Below, piece after piece: positions 36,733-48,831 of a stretch of DNA of 64,000 bases. The stretch is taken from assembly GCA_963924565.1 (NCBI GenBank), contig OZ004610.1:6448001-6512000 (forward strand), written 5' to 3'. Origin of the DNA: Ascidiella aspersa (lineage: Eukaryota). The stretch's first letter is position 1, and each line of letters opens with the position of its first letter. The translations under genes were made by a program, and so were the position numbers. Under the pieces are notes generated by a model, which was not told the DNA's origin, did not search any database, and was given only the letters and a program-made list of their open reading frames with translations.

Positions 36733-39700
36733 ATGTCTGAGCCAGAATTGTTGCTGGACTCAAGCATTCGAATATGGGTGGTCTTGCCCATTGTTTTTAT
36801 TACTTTTGTTTTTGGAATTATTCGCCATTATCTTTCCATGCTTCTGACGTCGGAAAAGACCGTTTCAATCGACCAAGTCCGTGACAGGTAAGAATTGTTT
36901 ATTGCTTTCTATGTGTATGGACCTAATTTAAAGGTCTGATTTTGTTATAAGCACTTCTTTCAAGTGATAAACGGCTGTAAGTGTGTTTGGTAGTCAAGTC
37001 AATAAAATTTGCTTGTTGTAATTTGACTAAAGTCAATGTAAGTCACTGAACGTTTTCATATGACTTCACTTGAGTCTTTTGGGCAAAAGGCGCTGGTCTA
37101 GAATCCTACCACAGCATTCAAACATTTATTAAATCAACGCACAAATTTAGGTAAGGGTGCTGGTTAACGTTGGAGTTAGGGTTCCTCTTTTTTCGGATTT
37201 CTTCACTCCCGGGAAACGGGATTGAAAAATGAAACTTCCCGGGAATCCCGACGAAAAAATTATACCTAGAATTACGTCATTAAGACGTTTGAAATTATTT
37301 TATATTAGCTCCAAACATTTAATTAAGCTCATTTATGTTCTGTAGTATTGCTTCTGCAATCTTGCAAGACCTTCTCGTATTAAAGTCAGGACCCTTATTT
37401 GTTTTAATTTAAAAAAAGCGCATGCAGGGTGCATATTATTGGTAGAATCATTTTTTTTCCGCTGGTAAGCGCAAATAATGCAACAGGCAATGACGTTAAC
37501 ATGGTTAGTACTATTTTTTGCGCTTCTTCACTTCTGCACATAGAAATTTACGCAAAAAAAAATACCTCATACCATATAACACACATTATTTGGGTGAGGG
37601 TGCGTGCTAGCGTTCGGGTGAGGGTGGGTCAAGTGTTGTGATATTTATTATTAATAATACCACCTGACCCACCCTCATTCAAACGCTCATGTGCACCCCA
37701 ACCCAAATAATGTGCGTTATGGTATGCGGTATTTGTAGACCGTGTTTTTGCATAACTTTCTATGTACAAAAGTGAAGGAGCACCCTATTTCTTTCTTTTT
37801 ATTTGTCAAAAACGACAATTTTTTTAAAGTTTTGCTATGTTGCCGAATACCCGGGATTATAAAAAAAAATTCCCGGGATTCGGGATTGTTATTTTGCGGG
37901 AAATCCCGGGAATTTCTCGTCGAAACATTCCCGGAGAGGAACCCTAGTTGGAGTGTGGGTGGGTGAAAGTACTTATTATTGTATTTATTTTTAATAATAA
38001 TGCCTGACAAACGCTAACTGGCACCCTAAGCAAAAAAATGTGCCTTATGGAAGATTCTAGACCAGCAACGGCTTTTTGGCCCAAAAGACTCGAGTGAAGT
38101 CATATGAAAACGTTTATTGATTTACATTGACTTTAGTCAAATTACAACACTGGTAAATTTCATTGGCTCTACCAACCACAAAGCCTTGACTTGACTGTAT
38201 TTTACTTAGACTTTAGCAGTCCTGTAAACAAGTCATTTTGGAATAACTAAAGTTCCAGTCAAGTCAATTTTAAAACAACCTAAAGTCCAAGTCAAGTTGT
38301 TTTGAATAAGTATCAAGTCAAGTCATAATTAAAGCAAGTCAATTTCAAGTTATGTTCTTACCATAAAGAATGGATTGTTAAACTATTAAAATTGATAAAC
38401 CATCCCGATTATGAGCAGTAACTGCTACTAAAAATTTACACTAAACACAACTTATGCTTTCAAGCAAATTGCTTTATGTGTAAAACATGAGTTGAATGAA
38501 AGTCAAGTCAAGTTGTCCAAAATATTAAGTCAAGTCATTTGAAAACAGTGACTTAAGTGCAATTAAGACAAGTCAATGACTTAAGTCATTGGTTTGCTTC
38601 TGCACAGATTACATTTCAGTGCCATCCGAACAAACATATTTGATGTGGAATGCTGCCCAAAACCATGCCAGTTACATCATTTGTCATGAATATTGCCCGC
38701 CTAGTAAATTTACTTAGAAAGAAAGTCGTTTTTGACATATATATATATCGTCCAAATTTGAACCTTTCGCAGTATAGGATAAGTTTAAAATATTATAAGG
38801 CTATATAATACAAACTCAAATGTGTAGTCATCTCATGAAAAACAGAGCCATCCATGCCGATAACTGTTTGGAAGATAATATATTTTGATACATGTTGATG
38901 TTGAACCCCATATTATATTTACCTTAAAGTGTGGTAAAATGGTATGAACTATATCCTATATCTCTGTAATATCTAAACATTTAAACCTATTGGTAACCAG
39001 TACGGCAGAATGCTGACGACTTGGCGACTATGTCGGCCAAAGAATCAATCCGAATACGAAGAAATTGGTCCAAAATTTAAATGCATATTTTTTTAAAATT
39101 GATTTCACAATGTTTTAATAACAAAGTGCCGCGCACATTGTTTAGTGGGGGATAAGACAGTGCCAGGTACATGGATTGTTTATTATTTTAAAAAGTACTC
39201 AATTTCGACGGTATAATTGTTGCTTCCACCAGATCAGGGCAAAAAATGCCATATAATACAAACTAGGTTGTTAAGTTCGACCCTGGGCTTGTTATATTGT
39301 TCTTGGTTATTTTAAAATCAGCTAACAATGTAATTCTTTGCAGTCAAGCTCTTATAAGAAGTCGCAATCTAAGGGAAAATGGGCAGTACATTCCGAAGAG
39401 TGCTTTTGAAATGAGGAAACACTACTTGCTCCAGAAAGATGGAGTAATAACTAAAGGAAAGGAAAAGCCAAGCCAGGTACAGGGCTTCTAAATGAGAATT
39501 TGCAATTTCTCATAATTTAAAAAAATATGCTTGTTTTTGAAGAAGATATTGAGTGCCATAACAGCTTGTATGTTTTATGTCAATTAATTTCAGATTATGT
39601 TTTAGCCTTGCTACATGTTGGAATCCACAATTGACATTTTGGCAATTGGTATTTTTTATCAGTGTTATACACACAATTTAGGGATGTTCAGATTTAACTT

Positions 39701-42700
39701 TTTTTTGAAAATTTATGCTTCCTGCTTGATTTCCCAATATGTGTCACATAAAAATCAGTTTCACAAATTTTCAAAACAATTGGACAACATTGAGAAATCT
39801 GGGACTTCCCCTAACACGATACTGTACGTTTTTCTTTAAAAACACAGAAACCTTGTAATTTTTATATTAAACAATGGCAAGAAAGCATCTCTGATCTATT
39901 TTCCAGTTTTTTGTAACTTATAATGTATTCTTGAAGCCCCCAAAGCACCACTTTAACCCATTTTTAGAGTTGTCATTTGATTTATCACATATATTCAATA
40001 AAATACTTTTTATCGAATTATTTAAAACCTGTTTATGATCACCTGTGATTTTCAACAGCCTGTAGCAAGCTTGCACGTTGCTGAGGATTGCCATTTAACA
40101 TAGCAGCATATTCAGTGATTAATATTTTTAACAAACACATGGTCAGCATGATCTTGGAACTTGTCCATAATCGCAGCTTTGTTTTAAGACAAACAACGGC
40201 TCCATCAAAGCAGGTTATGACGCCTTAGAAACGGCATGCCTCAGGGATCAGTTCTGGCTCCTTTGCTGTTTAATGTTTATTACAGTGATCTGCCCGCCAC
40301 AGTCTCCAAGCATACGCTGATGACTGGGCGATCTTACATGCTGAAGGGAATTGGCGCAGTGTTGAGAGGACTCTTAGTCCACCTCAATAACAAGGAAATT
40401 AAACGTGTGTTGTCCGTCAATACCAATGGAAGAACTTTGAATTTCCACGTCTACATACCTTGCATTGCATCTGGACAGGACACTCACATTCCCGCCCTGG
40501 CAGGCATCTAGCCCGCTGAGCTTCGCCCCAGAGGAGCCACAATACCAAAGGCTACTATCCTCGAGATGCCCCTTTGTACCAGCTGCAGTCAAATCACTGC
40601 AGAAATGTGAAAGCTCTGGTGTAGGTGAATGGATGGCCACCAAATGGAACTAGGAGCAAAATTACCCCTCTCCACCACTATTGCCCCACCACCTCCAATA
40701 AGCCTTAGGGTTTTGGCCTGTCTATTCGAGCCTAGACTCGCCTTAACAGGCTGAGAACAGGGGTCGGGTGTACCAGGTCTTCCATGAATAAATGTGGCTT
40801 CTGTGACTGTGGTTTGGAGGAACAGACTGCAGATCAAATAGGTGCCGATATATCGCCAACCAAGTGGGACAAATGGTCTGACACTTTTGGACGATGAGAC
40901 TGTCCGCTGGCATCTCAACTTCTGCCCGGACATTTGAACTGGAATAATAAGATCGTCCATACGAAAGAAGAAGACGATCAAGCAGGTGCAACACACAGTA
41001 CAAAGTGGATGGGACAAGTTTTCTTTGGCCAAAAATGTTTATGTGGTCTGAACAGATGGGTAATGATGCTATTTTTCTAGACAAACTTGTCACATTTTCC
41101 TTGTTTAGTAATCACCCACAAATGAACAAGGACACAAAGGCGGCAATTGCCCGACAACTTCTTGCAACTGCAAAACCTGAAGATTTTCACCAAGGCATTC
41201 AAGTTTTGCATCATAAAATCAAAATTTATACCACTTTAGAGGATTTGATTGGCACAGATTCCTGGTTTATTTTACGCTACTCAATCAGATATGTGATTGG
41301 CTGACGCATTCTCCCGATTCATGGTGCTCATAATGGGTACAACGAGTTAAAGTCTTCATGTACTGTTAAAGTTGTGAATGATGCCGCAGAAAGAGGGGTT
41401 AAAAGTAAACACAGATTGTGCTGCTATATTAACCGACAATCCACAGCAACAAACAACTTGCTGCAAGCTGTTGAACATCACAGGCGATCATGCCCAGATT
41501 TTCTAAAAAAAAACCTTTGCTAAAAAGTAAAAAAAGCTATTCATTGTTGTTTCCTTTTTACGTTTTTTAAGTATGACATTGATATACTTTTGCTATATTC
41601 CTTCTTTATCCACTGTTGATTAAAATACTTTGCTTTTCATAATATACAATTTGTGAAAATATATTTTATTGTACATATGTAATAAATTGAATGACAGCTC
41701 CAAAAATGGGGTAAAGTGGGGATTTGGGGGCTTTAAGAATACATTTTAAGTTACATAAAACTGTAAAATAGATTAGTAATGCTTTCTTGCCATTGTTTAA
41801 TATAAAAATTACAAGGTTTCTGTGTTTTTTAGAAAAACGTACAGTATCGTGTTAGGGGAAGTCCCAGATTTTAGCAATTTCAGTGTGCTAAGTTTGCGGT
41901 GTCTGCGGAGCCCCTAAATATTGTCCAATTGTTTTGAAAACTTACGAAACTCATTTTTATGTGACACATAATGGGAAATCAAGCAGGAAGCATAAATTTT
42001 CAAAAAAAAGTTAAATCTGAACAACCCTAACACACATACAACTATAATAGGTGTTTTAAAATGATGTATATTTAAAACCGACATAATCAACATCAACATT
42101 TTTAAAGTGTGGCTTAAGAACATTTTTAATGTGTGGTTTAACTTGCTACTTTGTAAAAAACATTGACATACATCTTTTAGGCAAAAAATCCTATGACAGA
42201 TCCGTCAATGATGACAGACATGCTAAAGGGGAATGTTCTTAATGTTTTGCCGATGATTGTAATCGGAGGATGGATTCAGTGGACCTTTTCTGGTTTTGTT
42301 ACCAGTAAGTAGACGCACAAAGTGTCTTCATGACTAATTTTTTCTGCAAATATGTATTGCGGTAATATCGTTTTCTAAAACTTTATTTCTGTGCTAAAAG
42401 TTATCTAGAAATACAATGTGTAAACCAGAAATACTGAACTTTGTAATAAGACATGTTTATATTCTTTATTTCACCGAAGCCTAGTCAGTGATGTTTCTTT
42501 GTTTCTTTTATTGTTAAATATTTGTTTTTGTGTATTTAAATGTTAGACATTTTATCTATAATATCTTGGATGAGTATATGAGTATTACACAAAATGGAAA
42601 ACTATTTTGCTTAACGGAGTTGGAATGTTTACATCAGGTTTTGTTTTCAGCTAAAGTTCCTTTTCCTTTGACCATTCGTTTCAAGCCAATGTTACAAAGG

Positions 42701-43769
42701 GGAATAGAGCTTGAAGCTCTTGATGCCTCATGGTAGGAAATTATTTTGTTTTGTGCCAATGGTATGCTAAAAATATTAAATGGTTATACAAATGAAGTGA
42801 AGAATAAACCATACCAACCTAGGCAGGGTGTACAATGTTTGGTGGCAAACCCAAATAATTTGTATTGCCTGATAATGAATGTGGGTCATTTCAGAAATGA
42901 GATACATAGTTTTTGTGGGTGTGTGGCTTAACTACGATTTATTAATCATAAAATAAAAGTTTTGGGAGGTGATCTCAGTTTCAGAAAGTAACATGCAAAA
43001 AAGGCAGTGTAACGATCACACATTGTAGGCATCAACATTACTAGCATCCAAACAATCAAATTGGCAAACATTGCATGTTATTTGTTCCACAGGGTTTCGT
43101 CTGCTTCGTGGTATTTTCTCAATGTGTTCGGACTGCGAAGTATGTACTCCCTTATTCTGGGTGAGAATAATGCTGCCGACCAAACCAGGTTGATGCAGGA
43201 TCAAATGTCTGGAGCTGCCATGGCCATGCAACAAGACCCACAAAAGGCATTTAAGGTAAAAAAAGTAAAATATGCTTAAAACATTTTCTCAACACACATT
43301 TTGGTTAATGAATATTGTTAAATTTTTAACATTTAGTTCAATTTTGTATACTGGAAAAAGAACCTCAAAGCCTTCCTAGCAATGCTTTCCTCATATAGCT
43401 ACTAAAAAGTAAAAACAGACTAGCACTTATTTTACTGCCCTGTAAAACAAAAACCTTATTTGTGTTTTTGGAAGTAAAAATAGAAAAACTGCCAGTTTAA
43501 AAAAAATACTTTTTACAATGATTTTTTTGTTTTATGTTGTATTACTTCTACTTAAAATTAGTTTGGCATGTATAGTGTGTTACAGGATCACACTTAATTG
43601 CCAAAGTTTCCTTTTTTATGTGTAACACTAGGCGGAATGGGAGGCGCTTCAAATTACACATCACCACAACTCGCTGACACAAATCGAAGAGGTCGTGTGT
43701 ATGACGCACGTGCTACCAGAGGATCTGTTCACCAAAGAACGAATCCCACCAACCGCGTCCGCAAAATAA
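36733..43769 (+). CDS. EMC3: ER membrane protein complex subunit 3 (TMEM111), 264 aa
   Basis: Exons 36733-36887, 39344-39476, 42181-42304, 42651-42732, 43093-43255, 43632-43769. [21 protein letters not shown]..., [36 protein letters not shown] match EMC3. Confidence 0.96.
37177..37946. mobile_element. hAT-type MITE (family C, TAGGGTTCCTC termini, CCCGGGA repeats)
   Basis: TIR TAGGGTTCCTCT...AGAGGAACCCTA; perfect TSD gttggagt (37169-37176 / 37947-37954). Confidence 0.92.
37560..37734. repeat. About 175-bp hairpin element with GGGTGAGGG/CCCTCA-CCC arms
   Basis: aaatacctcatacc...cacattatttggg is the reverse complement of cccaaataatgtgcg...ggtatgcggtattt. It is absent from the family C copy at 47561-48052. 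Confidence 0.8.
39679..42029 (+). mobile_element. Decayed DNA transposon with about 300-bp TIRs (TAGGG termini, hAT-like) in EMC3 intron 2
   Basis: 39679-~39985 is the reverse complement of ~41690-42029; flanks acacaatt/acacacat (6/8). Frameshifted transposase C-terminus at about 41060-41520 ([12 protein letters not shown]...[13 protein letters not shown]...LLQAVEHHR). Confidence 0.8.
40135..40980 (+). mobile_element. 5'-truncated, frameshifted non-LTR retrotransposon (RT plus C-terminal Cys motif) nested in the DNA transposon
   Basis: [21 protein letters not shown], frameshifted YADD (tacgctgatgac), [16 protein letters not shown]...CDCG; ends in a GAAGAAGA-type tail at about 40965-40975. 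Confidence 0.85.
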
Positions 43770-44613
43770 ACCAGAACACAATAATAGGCTGTTTGTTTGT
43801 GGTTGTTGCTTGCTTAACGTTTGTATTTGTGGACGCTGTGCGTTTCGTGTGTTCGCTACTGAAATTCTAATTGCTTTGTTGCGTCTATCAAGATACCACA
43901 ATAAACCTAACACAGATATGCGAGAGGCACGGCACGTCGTAATGGAGTACCGATCAGAAGGACCCATTATTAAGCGGGCGGCCAATGTTCCTTAACCATA
44001 TTTCGCGGCTGCCCAAATACCTAGCGTAAAGGGCGACCGAAATCTCTTCGCTGGGCTTTTTGACAAGGAAGTCATAATAGCATTACTAAATTTGAATTTA
44101 ATTACTTGAGCAACGTTTGGAATTGCTACCGAATTTTTCTAACATTTGGGAGTATTGATACTCCAAATTTCAATTATTCTTAACCATGTAAAATTACTCC
44201 TATTTGGGGTCTATATAAGCAGGGTTTCTCAAACTGTAGTCCACGACGATTGCACAGGTGGTCTGTGGCGATATGACAAGAAATTAAAAAGTCACACATA
44301 TGGGTTGGACAGTACGTACCCTTTCAAAGATCGTTATTTAAAACTTAATGATTTTCAAAGCTTTTGTAATCCAGTATCGCGAATCTTACTTGTTGCGCCT
44401 ACTTCGTAGTCAATAAGTTAATTACGAAAATTTCACGTATCCGTCGTCTATGGTGTAATAATATATTCTTATGGCCATTCGGAATTTGCGGCTTTGTTGA
44501 GATCATTCCAACCGTTTGCCTACCCTAAAGTTAATAAAACGGAGAGATGAGAAACGAACCGTCTCGTTGATGTTGTTAGTTTAGTAAATAAATAAAATTC
44601 GGTTGCTTGTATT

Positions 44614-45097
44614 CATAGGCGTAGCCAGGGGGGGGAGGGTCCATGCCCCCCCAAAATTTATAAACATTTTACTCTTAATAACTTGTTTTCTTTAGCATTT
44701 ATGAGAATTTCCACAACAGTCGATCACAGGCATGCCACACCTTCAGTTGTCATACATTGTTACGTCACAAACGATGTTGTTAATATAACGTTTGCTATAC
44801 AATAATGTAGTTTTACTACTTTTAGACAGTTTTTGCACTTTGACTGTTTTTTGAGTATTACACCCAGTCAGTTGCTGCTCGAAACGGTTTGCTAACAATG
44901 TTATTTGTGTTCGTTACGGCAGTTAACACAATGACAAAAGCTATTGAGTATTACACCCAGTCAGTTGCTGCTCGAAACGGTTTGCTAACAATGTTATTTG
45001 TGTTCGTTACGGCAGTTAACACAATGACAAAAGCTGAACAAAAAATTCTAACTTTTTGCAACCCCCTAAAAAAAAATTTCGGCTGGTAACGCCACTG
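44614..45097. mobile_element. MITE (CAGTGGCG/CATAGGCG termini) nested in a larger MITE (about 44220-45171)
   Basis: CATAGGCGTAGCCAG...CTGGTAACGCCACTG flanked by the 7-bp direct repeat ttgtatt. Confidence 0.75.
44851..45035. repeat. Perfect tandem duplication (92-bp unit, 93-bp period)
   Basis: ttgagtattacaccc...gacaaaagct occurs at 44851-44942 and at 44944-45035. Confidence 0.95.
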
Positions 45098-47446
45098 TTG
45101 TATTGCGGTCCGCGAAAAATTAGATTCACAAGTAGTGGTCCGCGGTCCAAACAAGTTTGGAAAGAAACCCTAATCTTTGTTTTGATTCAGAGAAGTTTGT
45201 TCAGTAAGGTATAAATTTATCGAGATGTCAACGCGCACATGGAAAATGTTATTAAAAAACACAATGAATCAGCCTATCCGTAGACTAGATACGACAGGTC
45301 GTGTTATAAGCAGTTAAAACTGAATTCAACTTCGTTTTTTAAATTAAAGGTTATGTATATCATTATGTTTTTTTTTTCGGTTTAGTTGATCAATTATTTA
45401 GCATAATACTAAAAATTCTCAATAATTAAACGTTCTATGACGAACATTTTATATTTACGTTATGGATGATCGACGCGATAGTCTACGCGCAACTCTCAAC
45501 GTATTATCACCCAATAGTCAGATGATCAGAAAATGTTAATTAGTCATTGCAGAATAAAATATTTATTTTGATCATGTGGCTATTCAAAGTTAAAATAAGG
45601 CAGTATGGTCAGGCATACGCTTATATCAAAGCTGTCTGAAATCAGCGCTAATATGCCAATTTAGTTGTTTCAGTGTACTGTATCTATAATTTTTTTTAGT
45701 AAAATGCTATATGATAATAATAAATAAGTAGTTTAACAAACTTCTGGATTACATACAATTATAACTCGGAAGCTTGGCGCCTATTTGAGTTAAACAGCTT
45801 TTCAGTGTACACAACACTTTTACTGTGGAGATTAACACACATAGATATTCTGTCATCTTTGCTTATGTCGAGACAGGCTGGCAGGATCTTGCCAGCCTTC
45901 TGTTGTCAAACATTTTTGGCGTAGATTCTTCGGTTTTTTGGTCGTGTCCCAAAACTAAAACGATTTGCTCCTCTAAGGAATGTATCAAGTTTATCAACCG
46001 TGTCATGTTTAGACAATAAACAAGATTATTAAAAAGTAATGAAGTATGAATTAGCACAAAGTTGCGAAGGCGCAAAATTTTTTGTGACATAAATAAATAC
46101 ATATGGGGTATGCTGAAGTACAGCCTGGGGGACTGGGGGTGCACATGTCTGATTTTTACTCTAACACTGTTACATAGATAGGCTGTTTTAGGGCGATCAT
46201 ATGTGCACACATGCAGCTCAAAATCAGATTAAAAAGCGAAAAAAAATCCTAAAATTGGGGAGAAATTTTTAATAAAAAAATAACAGCGTTTTATAATCCA
46301 AGTTAATAGAAATTGTTTGCCGAAATTAGAGTCACACAGTGAAGTGCAACATGCCATAGTATGCATAGTACCTTTGACTGAAAGATATGCTTGAGAGACA
46401 CAGCAATAGGTAAAGGACACCGGTTTGCGCGAAGCGCGAAATTTTTTTGCGTTTACGTAATTAAAACTGCCAAAAATATAGTTTAATCCTTAGATGGAAC
46501 AGCATGGCCTAGTACATCCTCGTTATGCCCACACCTGACTGCATTCCATAATTTGTGGCTGCCAAAGATTTACGCCAAACTTTTTTTTGACTGATATCCT
46601 ACGCCAAAATAGAAAGATAAGTATGCCAAAATCGACAAATTTAATTGGTAAATTAACTAGGCTGGCGATATTCCACGCCGAATGACGTCACTGGCATGAT
46701 TTTGCGCAAGCATTCCACGCCAAAGATCTCTGGCGGGAAGGCAGTGGAATGCAATCAGGTGCCCACTCCTATGTGATACCTGTCTGTTTAACAGGAATGA
46801 CGACTATCATGATTGCCTATTTAACTCAATAAAGAAGTATATGCCAAGTCACGTAAAACTGCAAATACACAACAGTTCTATCTAAATTTAGTACTTTTTA
46901 AACTAATAAACAATCGATAATATGCCAAACACTGGCTTTTCCCTGCTAAAGTACACGCTACGCACTTTTCTCAGAATGGCACAAAAAATTATTTCCTGCC
47001 AATTTTAGTCAATAATGTTCCAACATATTCAGCATTTTAAAAATATTTGGGATTGAATATGTGAAGAACAAGCACACGTTTTTTTTGGTAAATGGATCTT
47101 TCAAAAAAAAATTAAAAAACTTTTGCAAATTTTTTTTTCACAATTTTTTTTTTTTTAGTACCAATTTCTTCGGTTTTCTGTCTGATTCTTCGGCCAACAT
47201 AGTCGCCAAGTCGCCAGCTTTCTTCCATACTGTTTCAAGATAACAAGTAACACTCCGGATAAGATAACATAGCAAGAGATAACATTTCAACGATTTAAAA
47301 TGGAGGGCACACTGGTTAAAAAGAGCCATTGTTTCAGTTCATGTTATTTGAAATAGGTGTTTGGTTTTTGCTTGTTTTGAAAATGCCCTTTGTAAGAAAG
47401 TGTACAAGCAGCAATTTATTTTGATGCAGTAAGTTGAAATTTCGGC

Positions 47447-48146
47447 ACTGGTCTAGAATCCTAACACTTTTATACACTAACGAAACAAGTTGTCAAAAGT
47501 GAGATTGTAAGGAAGAAACAAATATGGGAGAATAAATATAATTAATAATGTACTTGACGCTAGGGTTCCTCTCCGGGAATGTTTCGATGGAAAATTCCCG
47601 GGATTTCCCGCAAATTAACGATCCCGAATCCGGGATATTTTTTCATAATCCCGGTTATTCTGCAACATAGCAAAACTTAAAAAAAATTGTTGTTTTTGAC
47701 TGACATAAAGAAAAAAATATTACCAAATCTAATAAAGTCGTTGCCTGAGTTGCCTTATTTGCGCTTACCAGAGGAAAAATTGATTAAATTTATTCTACCA
47801 ATAAAAATGTGCCATGCATGCGCTGTTTTTTAAATAAAATTGCATCCTTTTATAGGATAAGATCTTGAAAGATTGCAAAGGCAATACTGCAGAACATAAA
47901 TGAGCTTAATTAAATTATTAGAGCTAATATAAAATAATTTTAAACATAATAATGACATAATTAGGTATAATTTTTTTCGTTGTGATTCCCGGGAATTTTA
48001 ATTTTTTAATGAGAAAAAAAAGTGAAAAAATCCGGGAAAAAGAGGAACCCTACTTGATGCACCTAAACACTAACACGCACCCTAACCAAAACTATTTTAG
48101 CAATATAAATCCCTGGAGGAAAATGTGCCAGGATTCTAGACCAGCA
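47447..48146. mobile_element. CTGGTCTAGAATCC-terminus element hosting a family C MITE
   Basis: ACTGGTCTAGAATCCT...AGGATTCTAGACCAGC; the flanks aatttcgg/ccgaaatt are also inverted. Confidence 0.75.
47561..48052. mobile_element. hAT-type MITE family C
   Basis: TAGGGTTCCTCT...AGAGGAACCCTA; TSD cttgacgc/cttgatgc (7/8); inverted relative to the 37177-37946 copy. Confidence 0.9.
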
Positions 48147-48831
48147 CCGAAATTGCTATTTAAACAAATACACTTTTATCGAAAAAAAACAAGACTTTCC
48201 TTGACTTTTGCTAAGTTGTGCAATCAACTGAAAAAAATGTGTTCGAAATATTCCAGTTAATAAACCTTGATAGGCCAACAAATTATGTTTAAAACTATTC
48301 TGAAATTACCTTATAACCTGGTGTATCATTATTGTGAATACCGCTACAGTTTAGTTGGATAACCCAATACTGAAAGTTATCAACACACATGGGTATTGTT
48401 TAGGTAAATTTATAGATCATCATATTTATGTGAGGGTTGTATCTAAACTGCATCACACTTTTATAGGTTATGAACAAGACCAGTCTGCATTCTGTGGAAA
48501 GTGCGTGCACCCAATATTTTTTGAAGCAATAGGTGTACATGCGCTACTAAACTTTACATCTGAATCTTTCATCTCTTTTAACATAAAATACATAGGATGT
48601 GCGTTAGAACTTGAGTGCACACCTTTTACACATGTGAGTTTGGCAAAAAGTTAAATTAAATACAAAACAAAAAAATTACACCATCACTAATTAAACCACT
48701 GAAAACAGTGCACTTAATAATTGTGAGTATAGTCAAACTCACTCAAAATGAAATGTTTAGAGAATTTGCAATGGTTTTGTTTTTCAGGACAATGTTTTAT
48801 TCGTAATGTGCCTGTGTAAGCACCTGTTAAA

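Larger units (their letters stand above)
37092..38066. mobile_element. Palindromic element with GCTGGTCTAGAATC termini, hosting nested insertions
   Basis: TIR GCTGGTCTAGAATC...GATTCTAGACCAGC; same termini at about 47447-48146. Confidence 0.75.
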
